A stretch of DNA of 63,546 nucleotides, counting the filler, from Squatina squatina (taxonomy: Eukaryota): the NCBI GenBank assembly GCA_031763465.1. It is 4 parts of 4 records of this genome, joined end to end, with 100 filler letters (N's around TTAATTAATTAA, not from the genome) between each part and the next. Parts side by side here need not be neighbours in the genome. Positions count along the whole stretch, not along the records: positions 33,838 to 50,522 come from JARFOE010000222.1; positions 50,623 to 63,546 come from JARFOE010000013.1; 2 more parts are not named here. The stretch is one strand, 5' to 3'. A model generated the notes under the pieces. It saw nothing but the letters and a program-made list of their open reading frames with translations, did no database searches and was not told where the DNA came from. Position 1 is the stretch's first letter, and every line of letters begins with the position of its first letter. Positions 46,629 through 59,280 of the stretch are shown here, one piece after another. Made by a program: the position numbers and the translations under genes.

Positions 46629-48569
46629 CTAGGAAGTAAAGTAATTTTTTCCAATAGTTTCCTGCAATTAAATGCTTAAAGAGGAACTCTCCTGAATTGA
46701 AATGAAAAATAATGAGCATCCAGGAGTGGCTACAAAATGGTTATCTTATTGAAGTGTCCACAGCCTTATAGACCACTGACAGTAAAATGCTGAAACCAGA
46801 GAGAAGGACAGAGCCTTGACTTCGAAATTACTCCTCTGTACCAATTATTATTTTTTGTTAAATAACGTCTGTGTAGAGCTCATAGAAGTTTTACTCTTCA
46901 AGAGGAAAGTGTCATTTTCTGGTGTACATTTGGTATTCAACTATTATATTTCAGTAAATGTGGAAAACACTAACATTAGTCTCAACTCTTCTGGCAATAT
47001 GATTCACTGACTTTTTCATGGCCTCATTTACCAGTTTTGATTATTTCCAATGTTTCATTTTCTTGTTAAATGTATTTTCTTTCTACTTTTTTCACCATCA
47101 GAAAATACAGCAAAATCAAACCAGGCAAATGGCAAATTATTACAGTTGTGCTTCTTGTCTGCGCAGTCAAATATGAACAATGAAGGTCGTATGGTTAGAT
47201 ACATATTGTGGATTTTCTTCTCAATTACCTTTTGGTCAGGGAGAAACTGCACAGCCTTCCAACTGGCAAACAGAGTGAATTGCTTTTTTGTTTCATGTTC
47301 TTTCACCATTCCTTACTTGAATCGGTTTCACTTTATTACATTTCATGACTTTATGTAGCAATGACTTGCATTTCTTTCCATTACCATCAAGTGACTGAAA
47401 CCAGATATTACATACATTTTTCAAAACAAAGCAGCTGGTGGAATAGCTCAAGTAGCAAAGCAGTGCCAATGAAATGCATGTGAAAATCCTTTCTAAGATG
47501 AGCACCATCAGTATTTCTTTGTGAAAATGAATACGACTCACTCTCCTGGAGATATCTTGAAGTGTCATTTGTTTGATCTTGGTGCAAATGGATACTAATG
47601 ATCCAGCCAATCATATCCAGTTATTTCCCAACTACTAATGTTTGACATTTAGAAGTTTGCTCATCCTGACACCCTGATTCTATCCCATTATTAACTGTAC
47701 AAAATTAGAACCACAGGTTGGTCACTATTCAGGTGGAAGCTTTCTGTCTATTATTTCACAAACATCCCATATGAATAGCTATATAGTTCTTGAGAGGTGA
47801 TAGGGAAATAAGCAAACAAGTCAGGTAGAATCTCCTTTTATTTGCCAGTTCCCCTGAGGATACAAATTAAACATTTTTTTTGTTCAAATAGATTTGTATT
47901 CCTATTTATGTTGCTTTTGTGAGCTTCCATGCACCTGAAAGGGCCACATATTCTCATGATTCTGATTTTAGAGGCACTTCAACACTATTTTCTTTACTTC
48001 ATTGCTCCAGAAAGATTATGTTATTAATTTGTCCTGGTATCTTATGCATAGCCTGATGTAGAGACAAACACTCTACTTCTTGTGCGAGCAGTTTCAGGCT
48101 GCCCCACTAAATACTGTTCAAGCTTTTAGGGTTTTACTTTATTTACTTGTGGTGAAAATGATTCTGAACAGCCTAAACATAGTGGACCTTCATTATTACA
48201 AAAAACTACTTTTAAAGAGCCAGAATCCATTTCTGAGACCAAACAGTTATAATTAATATTCCAGTTTTGATTTGTTTTGTCTTATTCATTTTATGTTTCT
48301 CACAAAAACAAAATTTCAGGCATGACTGCTTCTTTACCAAAACTGCTTACGAGAATATAGATCAGCCATGATCTAATTGAATGGTGGAACAGGCTCAAGG
48401 AGCTGAATGGCCTACTCCTAGGCAAGTGGCGATGAATAAGCCTGGTTCTTCCCATTAGATTTGAATGTCNNNNNNNNNNNNNNNNNNNNNNNNNNNNNNN
48501 NNNNNNNNNNNNNNNNNNNNNNNNNNNNNNNNNNNNNNNNNNNNNNNNNNNNNNNNNNNNNNNNNNNNN

Positions 48570-49314
48570 AGGTAGATAAAAGGGATAAGGGAATGGAGTT
48601 CATACAATGAGTATAGGACTCACTGTATGAACTCCTTTCTAACCCAATATGTAAAAAGCCCAACAAGGGAGGATTCACTGTTGGGTCTCATAATGGGGTA
48701 TGAACCAGAGCAGATAAGAGAAGTAAAAGTAGGGGAACATCTAGGCAATAGTGACCATAATATAATACATTTAAGATGATAATTGATAAAGACATAAGTA
48801 TGACAAAAAACGGGTAATAGATTGGAGAAAAGCTGATTTTGAGGGGCTGAGAGCAGAATTTTGGAATATAAAACTGGCAATAATATTGGCAGAAATGATG
48901 TAGAACAGCAATGGGAAACATTTAAAACGATGTTCAACAGAGTGCAAGAACAATATATTCCGCGAAAAGGAAAGAACAAACTAAACACAAATGAGACTCC
49001 ATGGATGAAGAAAGCCATAAGGGAACAATTAAGGGTAAAGAAAGAGGCATACATTACGTACATAGACAGCAGTGGAGTGCATGATCAGGGAGAATACGAA
49101 AAGATTCGGAGAGAAGTCAAAAACAATTAAGAAGGCAAAGAGGAACTATGAAATTAAATTATCAAGGAATATAAAACAAAATAGTAAAATATTTTACATA
49201 CTCAGCAATATAAAAAGGAACGTTGGGCTGGGAATAGGGCCATTAAGGGACAGACAGGATAATACCACAGATAACGACATAGAGATGGCAGAAATATTAA
49301 ATGATTATTTTGCT
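48570..49314 (+). mobile_element. CR1-type LINE ORF2 fragment (endonuclease end and linker), decayed
   Basis: EHLGNSDHN motif, QWETFKTMFNRVQEQYIP, PWMKK and EMAEILNDYFA, with frameshifts and stops. Confidence 0.9.
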
Positions 49315-49853
49315 NNNNNNNNNNNNNNNNNNNNNNNNNNNNNNNNNNNNNNNNNNNNNNNNNNNNNNNNNNNNNNNNNNNNNNNNNNNNNNNNNNNNNN
49401 NNNNNNNNNNNNNNTAAACAAAAACAGAAAATATAGAAATATGCAGCAGGTCAAGCAGCAATTATATAAAGGACAGAAGAGATGATATTTCAGATGTGGA
49501 CATATCAGAAGCATATTATAGCTAAAACAGCAAATCTCTGCTGGACCAAATAGCCAATAATCTGTGACAAGAGGGTATTCATTCTTACCTGATTTCTCTT
49601 ACAAAAACAGGAAGGTGGAAATAGCATGACAGAATTTAACCGTAAGCACTTATACCTTTATAACTTTGAGACAATGACTCGGTCTTCCCACAGCTCCTTG
49701 TAAATAACTATTAATGCTTTTGTTTATATAGTGGAGTATATATTTTTTTCTTTTTTGTTTGCATATTGGAGTCATTTCTATTGGCCCCTCACATGAAATG
49801 CATTCTAAAATAAATTGGATAATCTCGTATTGCATTTAATGTAATGTACTTAC

Positions 49854-49970
49854 TTCGTTCATTTGATGCTGAATCTCCTGCATTTTCACTTCTCTATCCT
49901 CAATACTCAAACTCACCATAGCCATTTGGGACTGCAAATTGGCCAGTCCACTTTCTAGTTTTGACCTTTC
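49854..49970 (-). CDS. SMC1B: SMC1B coiled-coil exon
   Basis: ERSKLESGLANLQSQMAMVSLSIEDREVKMQEIQHQMNE, similar to SMC1 EKSKLESELAN...KMNQ. Acceptor cttttttaag, donor gtaagt, 117 nt, phase 0-0. Confidence 0.85.
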
Positions 49971-50522
49971 CTTAAAAAAGATTGCATATATTAGGATCAT
50001 AGTAGTGCACATTTTCCCCATACTGCATTAAATAAAGAGGATATTTTGGCTCATAGATTTGGCTGCGCAGTGCCTGTTTTCTGAATGCTAAATAGCCTAT
50101 GTTCCCAATATGCTGTACTTTACCATGCTTGAAACAAGTATTTACAAATAGGTGAGGCCCCAACTTCAAGATTGGCTAGCCCTGAGGCAGTTTGTTCCAG
50201 TGCTAGCTGCGCTCATTAAAAGCAGACCTCGAGTTTGCCTGCAACCTACATGTGAGCCTGGAATATTACTTTGAAAAATTGCAAGGGGATTCAGGTTCAA
50301 ACTAGTAAAAGGTAATTTTAGGTCCAATATCAGGAAATTTTTCTTCACACTATGAACAATCAATGTGTAGGATAGACCTAGATATAGTGGAGGGAAAAAT
50401 CCTGTAATCATTTAAGAACTAACTGAATGCTACAGCAGGGGAACTTTAAGATCTCTCTGTTTCGGTGAGTTAAGAAGGGATGATTGGTCTTCCTCAACAA
50501 TAATTATACTGTAATCTTTTAA

Positions 50523-50622
50523 NNNNNNNNNNNNNNNNNNNNNNNNNNNNNNNNNNNNNNNNNNNNTTAATTAATTAANNNNNNNNNNNNNNNNNNNNNN
50601 NNNNNNNNNNNNNNNNNNNNNN
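50523..50622. other. artificial scaffold-joining spacer (N44-TTAATTAATTAA-N44)
   Basis: 12-mer at 50567-50578 between N runs. Confidence 0.95.
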
Positions 50623-50722
50623 TGGAAAACATTATATGATCACAGGGGTTTTCAAGCGAGTATAAATTAGAAAAGATAGTGTATGCGTGAGTGAGAGGGA
50701 AAAGGACGAATGTACAAATGGT

Positions 50723-50901
50723 AACAAAAAAATGCTGGAAAAACTCAGGAGGTCAGGCAGCAGCTGTGGAGAGAAAAACAAGAGTTAACGTTTCGGGTCA
50801 ATGATCCTTCGTCGACGAAGGGTCATCGATCCGAAACGTTAACTCGTTTTTCTCTCCATAGATGCTGCCTGACCTGCTGAGTTTTTCCAGCACTTTTTGT
50901 T
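50723..50901. repeat. about 180-bp loopless palindrome, Penelope-like terminal inverted repeat element
   Basis: Arms tgctggaaaaactcag...gagttaacgtttcgg and ccgaaacgttaactc...ctgagtttttccagca meet at cttcgtc|gacgaag (50813/50814). Confidence 0.85.
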
Positions 50902-50959
50902 TATATTTTAGATTCCAGCATCTGCTTGTGGTTCTCATCAAGACTTTATTTCTCCTGCT

Positions 50960-51345
50960 TCCAATCCTCCATTATTCAAAACGCTGCTGCCCGTGTACTG
51001 TCTCACTACAAGTCGCGCGTGCCCATCACATCCAACATTCTCAATATACAATGGTTTTCTGTCCCCCAATGCACTGAATTTAAAATTCTTGTCCTCAAAT
51101 CCCTCCATGGCCTTGCACTAGCTACCACAGAAACCTCCTGAAATCTTATCTCCCCCTACCATATTTTCCAGTGCTCCAACTCCCTCCCTTCGCACAACCA
51201 CTGATGGCAGAGCGTACTGCTACTAGTTTCGTTCCCCAGAACACTCTCCCTAAACCCCTTCCTNNNNNNNNNNAACGTTCTAAAACTCTTTTCAGCTAAG
51301 CTTTCAGTCAGCTCTCCACACTCTCTCACCTTGGCTTGGTGTTTG
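50960..51345 (+). mobile_element. L2-clade LINE 3' fragment
   Basis: IQNAAARVLS...PIT...QWFSVPQCTEFKILVLKSLHGLA, an L2 ORF2 C-terminal motif. Confidence 0.8.
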
Positions 51346-53524
51346 TTCCTTTATTCCCAATAGCTATATATTTTTTCTCTCTTCCTCACCTCCCCCATAA
51401 GGCATTTTCTAGATCATAGGCACAAGTTGTTACTATGGCAAAATGAAATAGGCTTAGAGTAGATAGCACCAACCCAATGGGACAAGTGGCCTCTTTCAGG
51501 ATGTGAGGTGAGAAAATTAGTGGAAAAAAAATGTACACATGGATGTGACTTAGGGGAAGTTTAATCAAATTGTTGGATAAATAAAATCCAGGTATAACTT
51601 ACGTAACAGGTTTTACAGCAGTTTCAAAATAATAATCATAATTAATTTTCAACATCACAGATCATCCATCTCTGACAGATGAATAATTATACAATAAAAC
51701 ATATGTCCAGAGAAGTTTCTAAATCAAAAGACAGAATTAAACGCAAAAAAGGCATTTCCGCAGCCCAACTGTATTCCTAAATTCCAACACTTAACTGCAC
51801 AAGGATTTTCTTTTATTCCTTCAATTTTTTAATGTTAGTGTAATTTCATTACTATAATTCGAACAAATGTTTGTTAATAAAAGCACATGATCAGTAGGGT
51901 ACTGGGATTTTCGTTATTGCAATTACCTTCATATTAGTTTCTGCCCATTGCCTCTGACAGGCATAAATTAGTTCTCGTAGTGTTGCCTACAGATTAATGA
52001 ATTCCAAAATTGAAGTTTAATTGTTTGGGAGTGAGTGGAAAGAGTAGAGGTAGATTCTAGCTTAGGTACACCTGTGATTAAATGATTTTCCTCCGCTCTC
52101 TGTTTCTCTCACTCTCTGGCAGCATCATTCTGCTGATAACTGACAGTTCTATCAGTGGATTCTACTCAGCACAGCAGAAACTGCAGCTGAGGCAAAGCCG
52201 GAATTAATAATCTGCATGAGTGAACACACATCTGCCGTTTGCAGAGAAAGATTCTATTAACAAATGCCGAATCCTTATAATTAGCAGAGCAGTTTTTGCA
52301 GCTGCCCATCTGACCCCCAGACTGAATGAATTGTGGGTGGTGTTCATCCTCAGAATTAATCTTCTCAAATTACTGTATATCTGTTCATAGCAACAAAAAT
52401 AACAATAGGTTGAATATGCTACACAATAATATAAAATAGAATTCTGGTCCTACATTATTTCGATGCTACAATGAATGGAGTGTACAGCACTTTTAATAAG
52501 AAATTTGAACCCATTCTAAACAATCTGTTTGAATTTTATAATATACATCTTCAGTTTGATCTTATTGTTTTTTAAATTGGTGAGATCAGGATGGGTGCAT
52601 TGAAAGAGCAAAAGAGAAATGATAATCCTCTCAGCAGGCTTCGTGGCAGAACACAGGATCAAATGCAATAAGAACAAACAAAACTACAGTACAAAGAAGC
52701 CCGTTACAAATACATTCTTTTGACTAAGATTTATACAGACATCTATAAACCATTAAAATGCGATTCTTCTAAAATAAAATAAAAATCAGATCAACAATCT
52801 CTGGGTAAGTACGTTTTGGACTGCATCTGCCAGCTGCTCCGAGCTTTCAGTGACCCCCTTCTTGAGACTTTGCTACTGACCCTAAGGTACCTTAATTCCT
52901 CCACATGCATATTTTAACATTATTACAAAAGGCCTCATTTGCAATTTATAGGGGAAGCTGAAATGAAGATATTTCAGAGAGGTCTGCCCTAACCATTTCT
53001 GCTAGTGATGGAATTATAGTCTAAACAGCTGGAGTGTGTCCCAGGAGACAGTGGGATATGGCTCCTTTATAGCAGAATAAATCTATCAGACATATTTCAA
53101 CTGTCCGACAACATTAATAGACACCAGCACACTTTAATATTTAATGAACTTGTGTGTAGGTTGTNNNNNNNNNNNNNNNNNNNNNNNNNNNNNNNNNNNN
53201 NNNNNNNNNNNNNNNNNNNNNNNNNNNNNNNNNNNNNNNNNNNNNNNNNNNNNNNNNNNNNNNNACAATTGTCCTGTTTCCAATTAGGTTGGCTTCCTGC
53301 ACAGGCTCAAATTCACACAGATAGCTGTGAATAATTATGGAAATGAACTGACCCAGGAAAAGTGCCAGCAGTTAGCACATCACACTTCTGGAATTTCATA
53401 GAAATTACAATATAGAAACAGACCGTATGACCCAACTAGTCTGTGTTGGTGATTATCCTCCACACAAGCCGAAGTCCTGATCCCATATTGCTTTATTCCC
53501 CTTTCTTTAAACCATCGATTTAAC

Positions 53525-54027
53525 CTGTGGGAAAATGTGAGCTTATCCATTTTGGTAGGAAAAATCAAAAAGCAAAATATTATTAAAATGGAGAGAGACT
53601 ACAGAAAGCTGTGGCACAAAGCGATCTGGGTGTCCTCGTACATGAAACACAGGAAGTTAGCTTGCAGGTGCAGCAATAATTAGGAAGGCAAATGGAATGT
53701 TGGCCTTTATTGCAAGGGGATGGAATATAAAAGTAGGGAAGCCTTGCTACAACTGCACAGAGTGTTGGTGAGACCACATCTAGAGTACTGCATACAATTT
53801 TGGTCTCCTTTTTTCAGGAGGGATATACTTGCATTGAAGACAATTCAGAGAACGTTCACTAGGCTGATTCCTGGGGTGAAGGGGTTGTCTTATGGCCTGT
53901 ACTCACTGGAGTTTAGAAGAATGAGAGGTGATCTTATTGAAACATACAAGATTCTTAGGGCGCTCGATAGGGTAGATGCTGAGATGGTGTTTCTCCTCAT
54001 GGGGGAATCTAGAACTAGGGGGCATAG
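53525..54027 (+). mobile_element. CR1-type LINE ORF2 RT C-terminal fragment
   Basis: EYKSREALLQLHRVLVRPHLEYCIQFWSP...LEFRRMRGDLIETYKIL...ESRTRGH. Confidence 0.92.
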
Positions 54028-57000
54028 NNNNNNNNNNNNNNNNNNNNNNNNNNNNNNNNNNNNNNNNNNNNNNNNNNNNNNNNNNNNNNNNNNNNNNNNN
54101 NNNNNNNNNNNNNNNNNNNNNNNNNNNAAGAATACATACAGCAGTTGACACATCGCATTCTACAATACAGAAAACACATATTAATCAATATGCAGTCTCA
54201 TGTCCTGAAGATCTGCTGAGACAGTTGCATATCAGATTATGGTATTTAGCAAAGAATAAATTATTTATTGTTTCTGTTATGAAATGTTATAATACAATAC
54301 TGATAATGCAGTCACTCATCTAAATTGGTATCAATAATATAGGAATCACAGAACCATCAATTTGCTTTCTTTGTTAAACACAGTATAGCATCATATGAAC
54401 TTCTATATATTGTATAGTAGTCAGTAAGTTCGTCTATTTCACAAAAGGTTTGATGCAGCAGAAACAACAGCACAGACACAGCAAAAATGTTAAATTTTTT
54501 GTTCTCCCTGCAGAGCGTCTATAATTCTATTAGCACTATTTTCTTTCTTCATTTTTTGCATCCCATGCCAGATCTCAAGTTCTCTGAAGCAGTCCTTAAT
54601 CATGCTCCCCAAAGGCCCAGGTCTGCATGCGGCAATTTCTCCCCTGCTCTCAGCACAGATGTTTAAAGCACATTCCATTACACCTACATGCCATTATAGC
54701 TAATGGCTTATTTTGACAAAAAGCTGCTCTCTACCCAGTACAGCAGAGTGAAAAACATCCTCATGTATCTTCTGCACCCTTAAGCAATTACAAGAGAGAA
54801 GAGCTACATCAGAATGTTGTAATGTTAATTACCTACTGGAACATCTAAAAATGTGACCAACCATTTATTATGCTATTTTTCTCAAACAAACTAAATATTT
54901 GGATCAAGTAAATAATGAACATTAAAATTTGATTGTCTGTTGTCTATAAATAAAGAAAATTCCTGGGATACAGATTTCTGGGAAAAACATTTATTTAAAA
55001 TTTCCAGTTTTATATGCTATGAAAATGTACTCACAGCGAGAACAATTAAACACTTTCCATTGCATCTTTTCTGATTATTCACTTAGTAATATTTACCATA
55101 AAACATAAGAGTAATTACAATTTTTTTTAGACTCGTTAAAATAATCAGCTGTCACAAAGAACACAATTCTGACAAAATGAATGACATTCTGTGGCTCAAA
55201 AGCTTATCACAATCGTATACATTCTACCTCAAGGCTGCTGTTTTTTTTTATATATCTGAGAAACTGCTTAATATTAACATAGATGACAATCTGGCAAGAA
55301 GGTGCTGATCAAAGATAAATTTCACACCCTCACTTCGCATTTTCTAATTACACCATCTGTGTCAGACTCCTCCATGGTACTTATGTCCAATCTGTCAAAT
55401 GCTGCATGCCTATGGGAATGCAGAGGAGTTGAGAAATCGCCTCCATAGCTCACCGACAAATCCATCACCCCAATCATAAACCACATGGATATTTTACTAA
55501 TTGGAAATGGGAACGAATGTTCCAGACCGCATAGGCGATGAGGCATTTGGGAGGCAAGACATGAAATTTACTATTCAGAAGATAGCACAAGCTTGCCCCA
55601 GCTTGTCTGGCCAAGTGTTTAGAGGTACCCATGCATGCAATAGTGTAGTGATCTGCATAATTTTAAGAAATATAAAACAGAAAAGCACACTAGTACAGCA
55701 ATTTCAGTGATCCAGTTAACATAACAAAAACAATAGGATGGTTTTCATGTTGTATGTTCTATAGTTTTTTTCAAATCGTAATTTTGAATACATTGTTTCA
55801 TATTATAAATAGTAGCCTGAAATGTGGTCTAACCCAAAATGTAATCTGGTATTAAATGTGATCCCTTAAAACGGCTGCAATATTGTTGGCCATATGCTAA
55901 GCCTTTCAAAATCCTATCTGACATTCACAAATTTGACTCATTCAGCTTATGTTCCTAAAACATTGATATGGCAGGATTGAGCACCAAGTAATTGGGCTGA
56001 AAATCCTGGGAGTCTAGTCCACTAGCGCAAATGCAGTGAAGCGGAACACCTGCCCACTCTAGCTCCAGGAGAGGATCATCTGCATGGCCAAGGCATGTCA
56101 CCTGCGAGGGCACATCAGTGACACACACTCTAAACAACTGGCGGCAAGTTGGAACAGTCCCATGGCACTATAACAGTTGAGAGGAGATCAGCAAGGTCCT
56201 GAAGAGAAGTGGCTTCTTCTAGACTTTTGTTCCCAATGGAGCAAGCAGGCTTTTTGAGAAAGATAACTGATTCCCTCTGGGATTGATTACTTGTCTCCAG
56301 CTAAAGGTTTGAGGGCTTTATACTGGCCTCAGCAGGACTTANNNNNNNNNNTGTGGGGGTTGCAAGCAGTAGATTCCTGGCGGAAAATGGCTGCAAGCGA
56401 AAAATGCGGTGAAATCCATACAGAATCACCTTCTGACCCAAATTCCGGTTACAGGCGGCCAATCCCTCCATTCTTCTCCCTTGATCTGGGCCAGAAGTTC
56501 AGGACCGTTGCTGTGCTTGTTTTATTATTTGACGTTTACAGCTTCCAATTAAAATTACAGCAAGAAGTGTAATTAAGGTAGTTACAAGAAACCCTATGCA
56601 AAAAGCTATGTATTTAAGAACTGCGCAGATTTTACAGTTATTGCTTAAATCTAACGTTTCCATGTAAAATGTTAAGTGTTTCACGGATTTTGATGGACCC
56701 TCTTAACATGCAGCTTTGCACTAGATTGGGGGGGGTTACACGGTAGCCAGTGCAAGCTTAGACTTGTGGCAGGTGGTTTCCGTCAGTGGTTTTGCACCAC
56801 TGGCACCCAATATATATATATGGCCAGTTTTACATCAGTGCACATCTGAACCTGCTTTGCATCAATGCCAAAGTGACAGTATAACTGCTGCCTAAATCTT
56901 GCTCCTTTGTTTAGGGAACAAAATGCCTCTTCCTATTTTGGTATTTATGCAGCCGTGGACTGTTGTATAAAAGGATTTCTGCACTATTAGAGATTTTACT

Positions 57001-57469
57001 GACTGACGTGTTGTTTAAGGTACAATTTATACACAGTGCTTACCAACTATTTTACTAACTGGGAGGTTGCACAGTAAGATGAATTGCATTTTACTTGTAC
57101 TGGACATTTACATCTCTGGGAATGAGAATTAATTAGAATACTGTGGACAACTATCCTCGTGCAATTGAGTGCTTTATTGGCGGGATTCAGCCTCCAAAAG
57201 TGGAGTGGACCTTTGGGTATTAAAGTTATCCTTCTTAATACCCTTTTAAGGTTATTTTCTGTTCTCTAGTCTTGTGCCATTCAACGTAATTTACTGTTTC
57301 ATTGGCAGTTTTTCATAATCATGATCCTTGCAAATTAATGTTGTCTACATACTGTAGAACACATCTTGCATTTATTTTTTGAACCGTTTAACTAAAATGA
57401 ACAGTTTGTTTCAGACAAACATGGCTTTGTCCCCCAAACAGAATTCATTTCTTGCTCATGTTATTAATG

Positions 57470-57851
57470 TATCTTCTCTTACGCAGTCCCTCGGGTTAGA
57501 GGATGACTTGCTTACACTCTGGAGTTGTGGGTTCTGAGGGGGCTGAAAAGTCCGATGCAGGATCCGCAAACTCGACCACAGGTGGGGCAGGTGGTATTTG
57601 ATGGGGTGAGTGGATGGGATGCTCGTGTTTCCACACGCTCCTTCCGCTGCCTGTGTTTGGCCTCCACGTACTCCCGCCAGAGAAACTTGAAGCGGTTGGC
57701 GCCTTCACGGATGCTTCTCCTCCATTGCGGGCGGTGGGGATGTTGCATTTTTTCAATGAGGCTTTGAGGACGTCCTTGTAGCCCTTCCTCTGCCCTCCTC
57801 GGAGGCATTTGCCATGACGGAGTTCGGAATATTGTGCTTGTTTCAGGAGTC
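57470..57851 (-). mobile_element. RTE-clade LINE 3' end
   Basis: WRRSIREGA...EAKHRQRKER...CPTCGRVCGSCIGLFSPLRTH, the RTE C-terminal zinc-finger-like motif, followed by cccgagggactgc.taagagaaga tail. Confidence 0.85.
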
Positions 57852-58673
57852 NNNNNNNNNNNNNNNNNNNNNNNNNNNNNNNNNNNNNNNNNNNNNNNNN
57901 NNNNNNNNNNNNNNNNNNNNNNNNNNNNNNNNNNNNNNNNNNNNNNNNNNNGCTCTATCTTGTTCCCTTGATGGAAACAGTTAACTAGGCACTGGTGAGA
58001 GATTCTACTGCTGCATAGTGAAAGCTTGGCATTAGTGCCAAGTAGGGAACTGTGGTACGCCAGATGTGTGAGTACATTCTATAAAACAATATCAGCTCAC
58101 TACAACAGAAAGCTGCAGCCATTAATCCCAGGGCCTCTGGGATTCAGGATGGTGCTGTAACTTGACTGGTGCCAAGACTCTATCAGATAAAGTCCTCAAA
58201 GAATTGTTAAAAACCACACTAACATATTTAATGAGTTGTATTGTTCAAACAATCACATTATTGACTTTTTCAAGCAAAAGGAACACTGGGACTAGTTGTA
58301 GACAGCAAATTTGCATAATTAATGTCCTATAACTGAACCTTGTGCTTAGCAAAAGCCAAAACCCAAAACATTAGTAAAACAATAGAACATATTAGCTGGT
58401 GTTTTGCTCCAATTCATGAATGAATGTATTGAACAATTATTGAACGCAGTGGAGCATCCATCGTGACAATCCCATTCACACACATCATCAAATCGGTTCT
58501 GCAAAGCAAAAATGTTTGTTGGAGTGTTTTTTGCTGCACTCACTTAGCTTCTCACTTTTCATTTATTTGATAGTCGTAAGCCAGAGTCAGATTGACGACT
58601 TGGTTCTTCCTCATTAAACCTTCCACATATGCTAGGCCACCAGAAAGCATTAGACCACACACAAAACACAACG

Positions 58674-58932
58674 TGGGTGAAATTTCCCCGGGGCGCCCAT
58701 GGGGTGGTGAAGCTCGGGAGCCGACGTTTTAGGGGAGGCCGCCGAAACTGTGCCCCTGCTGCGGTCTTCCCCGTACTGTGGCGGGAGCGAGGCAGAGCGA
58801 TGTCCGCCTCACTCCCAAGGCAGTAATGGGGCATACGCGGTGCGCTCCCTCCCTTAAAGGGGAGGGCTACAAGACATCCTGACGCTGCCCCCGCAGCCCC
58901 CACTGGGTCACCAGGGACCCCGGCGACTGGGC
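58674..58932. mobile_element. GC-rich repeat (MITE-like, truncated by gap)
   Basis: Abrupt GC/CpG rise starting gggtgaaatttcc, similar to the termini at 24350 and 36297. Confidence 0.45.
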
Positions 58933-59032
58933 NNNNNNNNNNNNNNNNNNNNNNNNNNNNNNNNNNNNNNNNNNNNNNNNNNNNNNNNNNNNNNNNNNNN
59001 NNNNNNNNNNNNNNNNNNNNNNNNNNNNNNNN

Positions 59033-59280
59033 TTCTTCTCTCAGAGGGTCATGAATCTTTGGAATTCTTTACCCCAGAGAGCTGTGGAGGCTGAGTCATT
59101 GAATATATTTAAGGCGGAGATAGACAGATTTTTGATCAGCAAGGGAGTCAAAGGATATGGGGAACAGGCAGGAAAGAGGAGTTGAGGCCAGAAGCAGTTC
59201 AGCCATGATCTCGTTGAATGGCAGAGCAGGCTCGAAGGGCCAAATAGTCTACTCCTTCTCCTACTTCTTATGTTCTTATG
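59033..59280 (+). mobile_element. CR1-type LINE 3' end with (ttcttatg)n tail
   Basis: FFSQRVMNLWNSLPQRAVEAESLNIFKAEIDRFL then a 3' UTR ending ttcttatgttcttatg. Confidence 0.92.
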
